Origin: Spirochaetia bacterium
GTDB lineage: Bacteria; Spirochaetota; Spirochaetia; SZUA-6; Bin103
Direction: 5' to 3'
DNA length: 64,000 nt
Assembly: GCA_965208575.1 (NCBI GenBank)
Contig: CBDBOV010000004.1
Span: 96,001-160,000 of the forward strand
Under the pieces are notes generated by a model. It searched no databases. It was not told the origin of the DNA and worked only from the letters and a program-made list of their open reading frames with translations. How positions within the stretch are numbered: position 1 is the stretch's first letter; each line of letters begins with the position of its first letter. A program made the translations under genes and the position numbers. Below are positions 30,406 to 40,760 of this stretch, in pieces.

Positions 30406-30980
30406 GCCGGTGATAGCTCCTTCTTCGGCATCGGCACCCGCTGCATCGCTCGCAACTTCCCGGGGTGGGTTTGGTGTTCGAGCAGATCACTGGACCTGAT
30501 GAACAGGAAATCCGACCACCGCCCCGTCTTCTTTCCGAGACAAACGGCCAAAATGTCGAAGTACCCTACGTCGTAGAAACGGGTGCGGGGATCATCGTTT
30601 GATGTCCGTGTCTTCTGGACTTCGACCTTGTATGCTACCAGTTCGCCTTTCGTCCGGTAGCCTTGGTTCGCATCCCGAACCGTCTTGCACTCCACGGTGA
30701 GCTGGTCTCCGCCCAGGAGATTAATCGTACAATCGGGGTACCCGTCCCGGTCGTGCTCCTCGTAGCCTGCGATGGCCCCTTCTGATGTGAGCCGGCTAAG
30801 AATCTTGTCGAGATGAACTTCAGCGACCGCGCCTTCGAGGGCTACCCTGGCACGGAATCTACGGTTGATCGCATCCAGTAGTTCGGACGCGGTAAGGCCG
30901 TATCTCCTCTCTAGTTCATGAGATGGCTCGTTGGCGAGCGAGTCAGCAGGGCGCTTCTGTCCTTGGGGTCCGATGGGCAT
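30363..30980 (-). CDS. Probable PD-(D/E)XK restriction endonuclease
   Basis: GAVAE, YPD...VECK and FDILAVCL motifs; adjacent to the MTase; AGGAGG RBS. Confidence 0.7.
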   Translation of the reverse strand: MPIGPQGQKRPADSLANEPSHELERRYGLTASELLDAINRRFRARVALEGAVAEVHLDKILSRLTSEGAIAGYEEHDRDGYPDCTINLLGGDQLTVECKTVRDANQGYRTKGELVAYKVEVQKTRTSNDDPRTRFYDVGYFDILAVCLGKKTGRWSDFLFIRSSDLLEHQTHPGKLRAMQRVPMPKKELSPAWYRSLRDLLEQGS

Positions 30981-31241
30981 GTGGCCTCCTATGCGTCCGA
31001 ATGTGCTATACCCCGCACCGATGGTGCCGTGACCGCAGCACCGCCCGGGCGAGCAGAACCGTATCCATGTCCAGCGGCTCCAACCAGGGACCCTCTCTTG
31101 GGTCGAGCTACTTGGTCTGCTTGGGGCGGGCTGCCTCTCGGTCGTGCTTCACCACGTCCACAGGGTAATCGAGCCGAGCGGTGGGTGACAACCCGCCCAA
31201 ATCGGCGCGTCAGGCGCCGCCTACGCGGCCCTGGCGGGCTC

Positions 31242-31730
31242 TCATCCCGGCCCACAGTCCTTGAGCGAAGGGTTGCCCAGCATCTGTCCATCACCGATCC
31301 CAACGACAGTCACACGGTCGCCTTTGCTCAGGGTCATCACGAAATCCTCATCTTTCGTCCGGCAAGCCACAGTGCTGAATCCCTCGGCTTCCAAGGAGAT
31401 GGTATACCCTCCGAATACTTCCTGTTCGTTGATGCTGAACACATAGCCCTCCACCTGCATCCACTTGCCCTTGAACAAACGGTTCCCGCGAGCCTCGTTT
31501 TCCCTGTAGGCAGCCGAAAGCTCTTCTGCGGTAACGCGCACTTCGATTTCTGTGGGCTTCTCTGGAGCCGACGCAGTCTTCTGCGGCCGGGGTCGGCTAT
31601 CCGACTCAGGAGCAAGGAGCCCGATCACCATGAATAGGACGAACAGAGACCCGAATGCGATCCCGACGATCGATAACGCGCGTCGGCAACCTTTCTTCTT
31701 CTCAGATGCGGGGTCGGCAGGGCTACTCAC
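31242..31730 (-). CDS. Membrane-anchored OB-fold (tRNA_anti-like) protein
   Basis: N-terminal TM; VTAEELSAAYRENE...FKGK.MQVEG.V; LSKGDRVTVVG. Confidence 0.8.
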   Translation of the reverse strand: MSSPADPASEKKKGCRRALSIVGIAFGSLFVLFMVIGLLAPESDSRPRPQKTASAPEKPTEIEVRVTAEELSAAYRENEARGNRLFKGKWMQVEGYVFSINEQEVFGGYTISLEAEGFSTVACRTKDEDFVMTLSKGDRVTVVGIGDGQMLGNPSLKDCGPG

Positions 31731-31861
31731 AAGGCCCCCGTCGCCCCTGGCGGACGAGGCCGATGAGGGCGTTCCGAATACGGTCGAAGCGATGAGCGGC
31801 AGAGGTGCCGATCCCAGGACCCGACATGCGACTGGTGGTGGCCATGTGGCGCCTCCTGTCG

Positions 31862-32028
31862 CCCGGCCCGCAAAGGTGCCGGGCTGGTTCGCAAGAGGCA
31901 CTACGATCGCGCAGTTACTCTGAGGCCCTGATGTATTCGCGCCGCGTCCGGGTAGCTACTCCCTTCCGCTGGTGGCGCTGTTGTATTCGATCAGCAGCCC
32001 GGCTCGGGCGCGATCGAGTACCTCTTGC
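31862..32028 (-). ncRNA. Candidate structured RNA / 5' leader, copy 1
   Basis: 138-nt domain closed by a ~21-bp stem plus a 3' hairpin; 119/138 identical to copy 2, with compensatory changes. Confidence 0.65.
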
Positions 32029-32037
32029 AGATTGGCC

Positions 32038-32065
32038 AGTGTATCGAGGAGCGAGCGCGTGTCAA
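32038..32065 (-). promoter_or_regulatory. Sigma70-type promoter TTGACA-N16-TACACT
   Basis: Same hexamers and spacing as 54554-54581, with an unrelated spacer sequence. Confidence 0.75.
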
Positions 32066-32162
32066 CGCTCAGCCAAAGCCCACTATCCCAAGTTTAACGG
32101 GCGAAGGATCGTTTTCGCCGATTTTGGAGGAAAGTGTGCTGATTTGACGGCCTGTAGATGCT

Positions 32163-34149
32163 CTAATCCGAGGTTTGAGAGGCCGTTCTTGTAACTGTTT
32201 CCTATTACAGGAATTAGCGTGTTCATGGGTGTAAATCGTGTCCATGTAAATAGTCCTGTGGTTCAGCGTTAATTTTCTCTCATCTGGTTGACATGTAATT
32301 ATTAAATGATCTACCATTCCCTCCGTAGGGTGCCCATGTACATCGACACCGTCCCCAACCGCAACTCTCCCCCAGCCGTCCTCCTCCGCGAGTCCTTCCG
32401 CCAGCACGGCAAGGTCAAAAAACGCACCATCGCCAACCTCTCCAAGTGGCCCGATCACCTCGTCGAGGGTTTGCGCGTCCTCCTCAACGGCGGTATCGCT
32501 CTGCGCTCTCCCAACGAACTGCTCTCCATCTTGCGCAGCTATCCCCACGGCCACGTCGCCGCCGTCCTCGGTTCCCTCCGCAAGCTCTCCCTCCATTCCC
32601 TCGTCGCTCGTCCCGCCTCCCGTGAACGCGACCTGGTCGTCGCCATGATCGTCGCTCGCGTCGTCGACGCTCGCTCCAAACTCGCCACCGCTCGCGGCCT
32701 CAACCCCGAAAGCGCCGTCTCCTCCCTCGGCCACCTGCTGCAGTTGGGAGCCGTCGACGAGAATGAGCTGTATGCCGCCATGGATTGGCTGCTCGCTCGC
32801 CAGCACGGCATCGAGCAGCGCTTGGCCAAGCGCCATCTGCATGACAACACGCTCATGTTGTACGACCTGACTTCCAGTTACTTCCATGGCCACACCTGCC
32901 CGTTGGCGCGCCGTGGTCACAGCCGCGACGGCAAACGCGGCACCTTGCAGATCGTGTTCGGCCTGCTGTGTACCGCAGACGGCTGTCCCATCGCCGTCGA
33001 GGTATTCGAGGGCTCCACCAGTGACCCCAAGACGGTCGCCGCTCAGGTCGACAAGATTCGCAACCGTTTCGGCTTGCAGCGCGTCGTGCTGGTCGGCGAC
33101 CGCGGCATGCTCACCGGCGCGCGCATCCGCGAGGACCTGCAGGGGATCGACGGCCTGCGCTGGATCACGACCCTGCGGGCGCCCACCATCCGCAAGCTGA
33201 TCGAGGCCGGCGAAGTGGCGCAGACCATGTTCGACGAGCGTGACCTGGCGGAGATCAGCTCACCCGAGTTCCCCGGCGAGCGGCTGATCGTGTGCCGCAA
33301 CCCGATCCTGGCCGAGCAACGGCAGCGCAAGAGGCAGAAGTTGCTGGCCTCCACGGAGGAGGAACTGACGCCGATCGTGACGGCCACGCAGCGCGCCAAA
33401 AAGCCGCTGCGCGGCGCCGCCGCGATCGGCCTGCGGGTGGGCAAGGTGATCAACCACTACAAGGTGGGCAAGCATTTCACCACCACCATCACCGACGACT
33501 CGTTCTCGTTCGTGCGTGACCTGGACAAGATCGCGGCCGAGGAAGAACTGGACGGGCTCTACATCGTGCGCTCCAACGTGGAGCCGGAGCTGTTCGACGC
33601 CGAGCAGACGGTGACGGCGTACAAGGACTTGGCCAAGGTGGAACGTGCGTTCCGCAGCATGAAGACGGTGGATCTGAAGGTGCGACCGATCTATCACCGC
33701 AGCGCAGACCGGGTGCGGGCGCACGTGTTCCTGTGCATGCTGGCCTACTACGTGGAGTGGCACATGCGCAGCAAGCTGGCGCCGGTGCTGTTCGACGACC
33801 ACGACCGCGCCGCCGGCGAGGCGCTGCGCGAGTCGGTGGTGCAACCGGCGGAACGCTCACCGGCCGCACACCGGAAGGCGGCGAGCAAGCGTACCGACGA
33901 CGGTCTGCCGGTGCACAGCTTTCGCAGCCTGATGAGCGAGTTGGGGACGCTGACGGCCAACCGCGTGCGGATAGTGGATAGCGGCGCCACGTTCACCATG
34001 CACAGCGAACCGACCGCGCTGCAGCAGCGCTGTTTCGATCTCCTGGAGGTCAGCGCCCAAGTGTAGCCAGTAACGGACATCGGCTGTTGAGCGCAATTTT
34101 CAGATCAATAACGAATTAACAAGATTCCCGCTCTGGAACTTCGGTCTAA
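32163..34149 (+). mobile_element. IS1634-family element A, copy 1
   Basis: IRs TCCGAGGTTTGAGAG / CTCTGGAACTTCGG, flanked by CTAA on both sides. Confidence 0.88.
32336..34066 (+). CDS. IS1634-family transposase
   Basis: YDLTSSYF, GHSRD, VGDRGM, VERAFRSMK and RPIYH motifs. Confidence 0.93.
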   Translation: MYIDTVPNRNSPPAVLLRESFRQHGKVKKRTIANLSKWPDHLVEGLRVLLNGGIALRSPNELLSILRSYPHGHVAAVLGSLRKLSLHSLVARPASRERDLVVAMIVARVVDARSKLATARGLNPESAVSSLGHLLQLGAVDENELYAAMDWLLARQHGIEQRLAKRHLHDNTLMLYDLTSSYFHGHTCPLARRGHSRDGKRGTLQIVFGLLCTADGCPIAVEVFEGSTSDPKTVAAQVDKIRNRFGLQRVVLVGDRGMLTGARIREDLQGIDGLRWITTLRAPTIRKLIEAGEVAQTMFDERDLAEISSPEFPGERLIVCRNPILAEQRQRKRQKLLASTEEELTPIVTATQRAKKPLRGAAAIGLRVGKVINHYKVGKHFTTTITDDSFSFVRDLDKIAAEEELDGLYIVRSNVEPELFDAEQTVTAYKDLAKVERAFRSMKTVDLKVRPIYHRSADRVRAHVFLCMLAYYVEWHMRSKLAPVLFDDHDRAAGEALRESVVQPAERSPAAHRKAASKRTDDGLPVHSFRSLMSELGTLTANRVRIVDSGATFTMHSEPTALQQRCFDLLEVSAQV

Positions 34150-34234
34150 TGAGCCCGAATGTCCATTGTAGTGCCATAATCGTAGGCTGCCCCATTGACC
34201 CCCTCCTCCGCGCCTCGTACCTTCCCTCCAAGCC

Positions 34235-36067
34235 ATGTTCGTGCGCCGTACTCAAACCCGCTCCACCGCCAGCGGCGACCACTATTTCACCTTTCGCCTC
34301 GTCCACTCCCAACGCGTCGGCGCTCGCGTCCGCCAACGCACCCTGCTCAATCTCGGTCGCCACTTCCACATCCCGCAGGATGATTGGCCTCTGCTTTGTG
34401 TCCGCCTCGAACAACTTCTCAGCCCTCAGCAAACCCTCATCCCGGCCACGGTCGCGCCCGCCGTCGAGCAGGAAGCACAACGCATCGCCGCGCAGTTGCT
34501 CGCCCGCCAGGTGTCGCTCGCGCCGACCGCTGCCAAACCGACCGACGGCAACGCCGAGTGCCTGTTCGAGCGCGTCGATGTCGCTTCCCTGGCGTTGCTG
34601 CGACCACGTAGCGTTGGCGTCGAACAGGTCGCCCTGTGGGCCATCCAGCAGGTGCAGCTGATTCCGTTGTTGCAACGACTGGGACTCAACGGTCCCCAGC
34701 GCGCCGCCGCCGTCGGCTCGATCATCGGCCGCATGGCCGCGCCAGGCTCGGAACGCGCTACCTATCGCTGGCTGTGTCAGCGGAGCGCTCTCGGTGAGTT
34801 GCTGGAGGTGGATTTCGAGACCATGAGCATGATGCGCCTGTACCGCGCCGCCGATGCCCTGGTCCGCCACCAGCAGCAGATCGAACGGCATCTGTTCGAC
34901 CAGGTGACCGAGTTGTTCGGATTGCAGACGACCGTCACGTTATACGATCTGACCAACACCTACTTCGAGGGCGTGGCGGCCGCGCAGCCACTGGCCAGCC
35001 ACGGCCATTCCAAGGAGAAGCGCAGCGACTGCCCGTTGTTAACCCTGGCCCTGGTGCTCGATGGCAGCGGCTTCGTGCGCCGCAGCGAGGTGATGGCCGG
35101 CAAGATCTCCGAAGGAGCGGTACTGCGGGGCGTGCTGGAACGTCTTGAAGTACCGAAGGGAGCGCTGATCGTGATGGATTGCGGGGCGGCCACGGAGGAC
35201 AATCTGAACTGGCTGCGCGAGCAGGGGTACCGCTACCTGGTGGTCAGCCTGGAACGCACCCGGCGCTTCGACGCGGCGGCTGCGGTGAGCTTGACGACGG
35301 CGGGCCAGCTGCAGGTACAAGTACAGCAAGTACACAGCGACGATGGCCCGGAGGTACGGCTGTACTGCTACTCGCCGGCACGCGAAGGCAAGGAGCAGGC
35401 GATGCTGAACAAGGCGCGCGCCCGCTTCGAGAAAGCGCTGCAGGAGTTGCACGAGGGGCTGTCGCGACCACGCACGCACAAGAAGACCGAGGCGGTGTGG
35501 CGCCGCATCGGGCGCTTGAAGAGCACCAGCAGCGGTGCCGGACAGCACTACCAGATCAAGGTCGCCACCGACGACAGCGGCCAGCGGGCCACCGCGGTCA
35601 CCTGGGAGCTGCGCCCGGTGGCCGGTTCGAAGCTGACCGATCCGGGGGTGTACTGCCTGCGCAGCAACCAGACCGACTGGGACGCCGAGGCGATGTGGCG
35701 CACCTACATCATGCTCACCGACCTGGAAGCGGTGTTTCGGTCCCTGAAGTCGGAACTGGGGTTGCGCCCGATCTATCACCAGACGGAGGAACGCTCCAAC
35801 GGCCACCTGTTCATCACCGTGCTGGCCTACCAGTTGGTACAGGTGATTCGGCGGCGCCTGCGAGAGCAGCGGGAGAGCCGGTCCTGGAGCAGCCTGCGCG
35901 AGATCCTCGCCGGCCAGCAGCGCGTCACCGCCAGCTTTCGTCGCGCTGATGGCAGCACGTTGCACGTCCGCAAGGCGACGGTGGCCGAGCCCGAACAACG
36001 CGCCCTATACGATGCGTTGGGCGTCGATGCCGCTCCCGGCGGCGTCAAGAAGCTGGTGGTAGCGTAG
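34235..36067 (+). CDS. IS1634-family transposase (different subgroup)
   Basis: YDLTNTYFEG, GHSKEKRSD and EAVFRSLKSELGLRPIYH motifs; second Asp motif reads MDCG. Confidence 0.92.
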   Translation: MFVRRTQTRSTASGDHYFTFRLVHSQRVGARVRQRTLLNLGRHFHIPQDDWPLLCVRLEQLLSPQQTLIPATVAPAVEQEAQRIAAQLLARQVSLAPTAAKPTDGNAECLFERVDVASLALLRPRSVGVEQVALWAIQQVQLIPLLQRLGLNGPQRAAAVGSIIGRMAAPGSERATYRWLCQRSALGELLEVDFETMSMMRLYRAADALVRHQQQIERHLFDQVTELFGLQTTVTLYDLTNTYFEGVAAAQPLASHGHSKEKRSDCPLLTLALVLDGSGFVRRSEVMAGKISEGAVLRGVLERLEVPKGALIVMDCGAATEDNLNWLREQGYRYLVVSLERTRRFDAAAAVSLTTAGQLQVQVQQVHSDDGPEVRLYCYSPAREGKEQAMLNKARARFEKALQELHEGLSRPRTHKKTEAVWRRIGRLKSTSSGAGQHYQIKVATDDSGQRATAVTWELRPVAGSKLTDPGVYCLRSNQTDWDAEAMWRTYIMLTDLEAVFRSLKSELGLRPIYHQTEERSNGHLFITVLAYQLVQVIRRRLREQRESRSWSSLREILAGQQRVTASFRRADGSTLHVRKATVAEPEQRALYDALGVDAAPGGVKKLVVA

Positions 36068-36229
36068 TGCAACCGCGCGGTTGGTCGGCGAATGTAGTGC
36101 CACACGCGACTTTCCGAATCCCTAACTTCTTCACTTACAAAAAGATAATTTTCGCCCCGTTAACTAGCCCCCTCGGGGCTTTTCATGGGCTCGCTCACGC
36201 GCCGATAATGCAGGCATGGGCGATGAGCT

Positions 36230-37111
36230 ACAGAGGCAGACGACCGCGCGCTGCGCCGTCTGTGCGGCTGGGAGAGTATCCGTGCGCTGCCCAGCGAGGC
36301 GACCTTCTCGCGCGTCTTTGCCGGGTTCGCTGAGGGTACCTTGCCGAGCCGCCTGCACGAGGCGCTGATCGAGAACACCATGGCCGAGCAGTTGGTCGGT
36401 CATGTGTCACGCGATGCGACGGCAATCGAGGGGCGCGAGAAGCCGACGCCGAAGCCCAAGCAGCCAGCCAAACCGAAGCGCAAGCGCGGGCGTCCCCGCA
36501 AGGGCGAGGAACGGCCCAAGGAGCCGAGCCGTCTTGAGCGTCAGCCGCAGATGACGCTGGCCGAGATGCTCGACGACCTGCCGCACGCCTGTGATGTGGG
36601 GACCAAGCGCAACGCCAAGGGAAATAAGGAATCCTGGATCGGCTACAAGCTGCATATCGACGCGGGAGACGGCGGGATTCCGCTCAGTTGCATCCTCACC
36701 TCGGCCTCGGTGCATGACAGCCAAGTCGCGATTCCGTTGGCCACCATGACCGCGGCACGGGTCACCAACCTGTACGACCTGATGGACGCAGCCTACGATG
36801 CCGCCGAGATCAGAGCGCACAGCGCGGCGCTCGGACATGTGCCGATCATCGATGTCAATCCGCGCAACAACGGGTGCCGCATTCAAACGGGAACTGAAGC
36901 AGGAAGCGAAAGCGAGCGCACACTCGGCCAACCGTACGCCAAGGAGGTGCGCTACCGGGAGCGGTCGACGGTGGAGCGCGTCAACGGTCGGCTGAAGGAC
37001 GAATTCGGCGCCCGGCAGGTACGCGTGCGCGGCCACAGCAAGGTGCTGTGCCACCTGATGTTCGGGGTGCTGGCGTTAACCGTGGACCAGTTGCTGCGCC
37101 TGGTGAACTGA
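36230..37111 (+). pseudogene. IS5/IS1182-like DDE transposase, 5'-truncated with local frameshifts
   Basis: PSEATFSR, SRDATAI, GYKLH, LMDAAYD and RSTVERVNGRLK motifs; scrambled segment near 36870-36920. Confidence 0.8.
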
Positions 37112-37325
37112 ACCCGCCGCTCCGCCCACCTACCGCCGACCGCAAGCTGATCTCCGGCAGAAGATAACGGACAGCTCTGCCCGCGCCCTGCCACGGACGC
37201 CGCAATGATCTGTGCATTCTGGCCGACTTGGGGTGCCGCTGACGCCATGACGGAGACATTTCCTTATTGAGTATCGACTTAAATGGTTCAACCACTTGAC
37301 AACCACGCCATATTATTGGTTACCA

Positions 37326-39313
37326 TTAGTCCGAAGTTCCAGAGTCGGAATCGTGGTAATCGTTATTGAAGTGACAATTACGATCAACAGCCGATGTCCG
37401 TTACTGGCTACACTTGGGCGCTGACCTCCAGGAGATCGAAGCAGCGCTGCTGCAGCGCGGTCGGTTCGCTGTGCATGGTGAACGTGGCGCCGCTGTCCAC
37501 CATCCGCACGCGGTTGGCCGTCAGCGTCCCCAACTCGCTCATCAGGCTGCGAAAGCTGTGCACCGGCAGACCGTCGTCGGTGCGCTTGTTCGCCGCCTTC
37601 CGGCGCGCCGCCGGTGAGCGTTGCGCCGGTTGCACCACCGACTCGCGCAACTGCTCGCCAGCGGCGGGATCGTGGTCGTCGAACAGCACCGGCGCCAGCT
37701 TGCTACGCATGTGCCACTCCACGTAGTAGGCGAGCATGCACAGGAACACGTGCGACCGCACCCGGTCAGCGCTACGGTGGTAGATCGGTCGCACCTTCAG
37801 ATCCACCGTCTTCATGCTGCGGAACGCACGTTCCACCTTGGCCAGGTCCTTGTACGCCGTCACCGTCTGCTCGGCGTCGAACAGCTCCGGCTCCACGTTG
37901 GAGCGCACGATGTAGAGCCCGTCCAGTTCTTCCTCGGCCGCGATCTTGTCCAGATCACGCGCGAACGAGAACGAGTCGTCGGTGATGGTGGTGATGAAAT
38001 GCTTGCCCACCTTGTAGTGGTTGATCACCTTGCCCACCCGCAGGCCGATCGCGCCGGCGCCGCGCAGCGGCTCCTTGGTGCGCTGCGTGGCCGTCACGAT
38101 CGGCGTCAGTTCCTCCTCCGTGGAGGCCAGCAACGCCTGCCTCTTGCGCTGCCGTTGCTCGGCCAGTATCGGGTTGCGGCACACGATCAGCCGCTCGCCC
38201 GGGAACTCGGGTGAACTGATCTCCGCCAGGTCACGCTCGTCGAACATGGTCTGCGCCACTTCACCGGCCTCGATCAGCTTGCGGATGGTGGGCGCCCGCA
38301 GGGTCGTGATCCAGCGCAGACCGTCGATCCCCTGCAGGTCCTCGCGGATGCGCGCGCCGGTGAGCATGCCGCGGTCGCCGACCAGGACGACGCGCTGCAA
38401 GCCGAAGCGGTTGCGAATCTTGTCGACCTGAGCGGCGACCGTCTTGGGATCGCCGGTGGAGCCTTCGAACACCTCGACGGCGATGGGGCAGCCGGCGGCG
38501 GTACACAGCAGCCCGAACACGATCTGCAAGGTGCCGCGCTTGCCGTCACGGCTGTGACCGCGGCGCGCCAACGGGCAGGTGTGTCCCTCGAAGTAACTGG
38601 AAGTCAGGTCGTACAACATGAGCGTGTTGTCATGCAGATGGCGCTTGGCCAAGCGCTGCTCGATGCCGTGCTGGCGAGCGAGTAGCCAGTCTATGGCGCT
38701 GTACAGCTCATTCTCGTCGACGGTGTCCAACTGCAGCAGGTGGCCGAGGGAGGAGACGGCGCTTTCGGGGTTGAGGCCGCGAGCGGTGGCGAGCTTGGAG
38801 CGAGCGTCGACGACGCGAGCGACGATCATGGCGACGACCAGGTCGCGCTCCCGGGAGGCGGGACGAGCGACGAGGGAATGGAGGGAGAGTTTGCGGAGGG
38901 AACCGAGGACGGCGGCGACGTGGCCGTGGGGATAGCTGCGCAAGATGGAAAGCAGTTCGTTGGGAGAGCGGAGAGCGATACCGCCGTTGAGGAGGACGCG
39001 CAAACCATCGACGAGGTGATCGGGCCACTTGGAGAGGTTGGCGATGGTACGTTTTCGGACCTTGCCGTGCTGGCGGAAGGACTCGCGGAGGAGGACGGCT
39101 GGGGGAGAGTTGCGGTTAGGGACGGTGTCGATGTACATGGGCACCCTTTCGGAGGGAAGGGTAGATCATTTAATAATTGACTGTCAATTAGATGAGAGAA
39201 AAAGACCGCTGAAAAACAAGGACTATTTACATGGACACGATTTGCACCCATTATCACGCTAAGTCCTGTTATAGAAAACAGTTACAAGAACGGCCTCTCA
39301 AACCTCGGATTAG
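37326..39313 (-). mobile_element. IS1634-family element A, copy 2 (inverted)
   Basis: Same IRs; TTAG at 37326-29 and 39310-13; sits just upstream of the IS1595 start codon. Confidence 0.88.
37408..39138 (-). CDS. IS1634-family transposase
   Basis: Near-identical protein to 32336-34066. Confidence 0.93.
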   Translation of the reverse strand: MYIDTVPNRNSPPAVLLRESFRQHGKVRKRTIANLSKWPDHLVDGLRVLLNGGIALRSPNELLSILRSYPHGHVAAVLGSLRKLSLHSLVARPASRERDLVVAMIVARVVDARSKLATARGLNPESAVSSLGHLLQLDTVDENELYSAIDWLLARQHGIEQRLAKRHLHDNTLMLYDLTSSYFEGHTCPLARRGHSRDGKRGTLQIVFGLLCTAAGCPIAVEVFEGSTGDPKTVAAQVDKIRNRFGLQRVVLVGDRGMLTGARIREDLQGIDGLRWITTLRAPTIRKLIEAGEVAQTMFDERDLAEISSPEFPGERLIVCRNPILAEQRQRKRQALLASTEEELTPIVTATQRTKEPLRGAGAIGLRVGKVINHYKVGKHFITTITDDSFSFARDLDKIAAEEELDGLYIVRSNVEPELFDAEQTVTAYKDLAKVERAFRSMKTVDLKVRPIYHRSADRVRSHVFLCMLAYYVEWHMRSKLAPVLFDDHDPAAGEQLRESVVQPAQRSPAARRKAANKRTDDGLPVHSFRSLMSELGTLTANRVRMVDSGATFTMHSEPTALQQRCFDLLEVSAQV

Positions 39314-39319
39314 TCCATA

Positions 39320-40316
39320 ATGAAAACCCAACCCACGCAGGGACCGAAGCAGGGCGGGCCGGGGCGGCACTACCGGAACGGCATCTCGCTGATGGAGTTG
39401 ATGGGCCTGTTCCCTGACGACGATGCGGCCGAGCAGTGGTTCATCAAGACCCGCTGGCCGATCGGCATCCGGTGCCCGCGGTGCGACTCCGACAGCGTGC
39501 AGGAGCGCACCACCCACCCGACGATGCACCACCGGTGCCGGCCCTGCCGGAAGTTCTTCTCGGTCAAGACCGGGACCTCGATGGACTCGTCGAACACCGG
39601 CTACCGCGAGTGGGCGGTCGGGATCTACCTGTTCGCCACCGGGCTGAAGGGCACGTCCAGCATGAAGCTCCGACGGGACCTCGGGCTGGGCCAGAAGGCC
39701 ACTTGGTTCATGGCGCATAGAATCCGTGAGAATTTCAACCGCAACCCGTACCTGTTCGAGGGGCCGGTGGAGCTGGACGAGGCGTACTTCGGCGGGCTCG
39801 AAAAGAATAAGCACGCTAGTAGCAAGAAGCTACCGGGCCGGGCGTGGCGGCGTCGGCAAGACCGTGGTGGCCGGCGCTCGCGACCACGCGACCAGCGAAA
39901 TCAGCGCAGCGGTCGTGACCGGGACGTCACGACAGGAGCTGGAGCCGTTCGCTGAGGAGCGGGTCGCCCCGGACGCCGACATCTACACGGACGATCATGG
40001 TGCCTACCAGCGAAGGCCGAACCGATACACGGTGCGCCACTCCGTCGGCGAGTACGTCAACGATCAGGCGCACGTCAACGGCATGGAGTCCTTCTGGGGA
40101 ATGATGAAGCGGGGCTACCATGGCACCTACCACCGGATGAGTCCCGCTCACCTGCAGCGCTACGTCAACGAGTTCACCGGACGGCATAACCAGCGCGACT
40201 GCGATACCGAGTTGCAGATGCGAATGATGGCGCAGGGCATGGTCGGCAGACGGCTACCCTACAAGCGGCTCACGGCCGGCCGCCGGCGCGACCCTCATTC
40301 CCACATCGCTACCTGA
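39320..40316 (+). pseudogene. IS1595-family transposase, frameshifted near 39830
   Basis: Zn ribbon CPRC..CRPC and ELDEAYFGG in one frame; YTDD, NGMESFW and YVNEF in another. Confidence 0.88.
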
Positions 40317-40760
40317 GACCGCACCACTCGTCCAATTCATCGTCGTCCTCGTTCGTCTGCGCACACCGATCTTGCCATTCATCATCTTCGAGCTGACGTA
40401 TGTAGGCTTCCTCCGCCTCTCGTTGGTAATCATCATCCTCCTCCGCTTCCTGTTGCCGACGCCATTCGTCATATTCGGCCTCTTCGACTCGGCGACGGTA
40501 GGCTTCCTCTTCCATGCGACGTCGTTCATCGCGCTCGGTGGTTTCTGAGGGCCTTGGTACGGCGCGACGACCACGCACGACAGCGACACGGCCATCAGAC
40601 CGGCGCACGACTACAACACGGCGTTCGGGACGGCGTACTACTACAACACGGCGTTCGGGACGGCGTACTACTACAACACGGCGGGGACGGCGTACTACTA
40701 CAACACGGCGGGGACGGCGGAACACCACTGTCGTAGAGCCATCGGTCTTTCGTTCATGAA
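40309..40760 (-). CDS. Low-complexity hypothetical protein (basic repeats plus acidic tail); start uncertain
   Basis: Open frame through the tandem repeats into a D/E-rich C-terminus. Confidence 0.4.
40601..40719. repeat. Tandem repeat, 30+30+27+27 bp
   Basis: CGGCGTACTACTACAACACGGCG(TTC)GGGA-type units. Confidence 0.92.

Larger units (their letters stand above)
32087..36165 (+). mobile_element. IS1634-family element B, with element A nested in its left end
   Basis: Left end CCCAAGTTTAACGGGCGAA matches right end TTCGCCCCGTTAACT; TGTAGTGCCA lies on both sides of the CDS; right tip appears damaged. Confidence 0.65.

Noticed and set aside
31891-32028. Retron msr-msd or MITE explanation for the structured repeat
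   Set aside because: No reverse transcriptase in the window; no TSD; conservation extends asymmetrically to the promoter hexamers and the RBS-proximal hairpin
32163-39313. Composite transposon bounded by inverted IS1634 copies
   Set aside because: Each copy has its own flanking CTAA pair, and removing each one restores a different host element
40601-40719. Possible CRISPR array
   Set aside because: Contiguous tandem units with no unique spacers, and no cas genes
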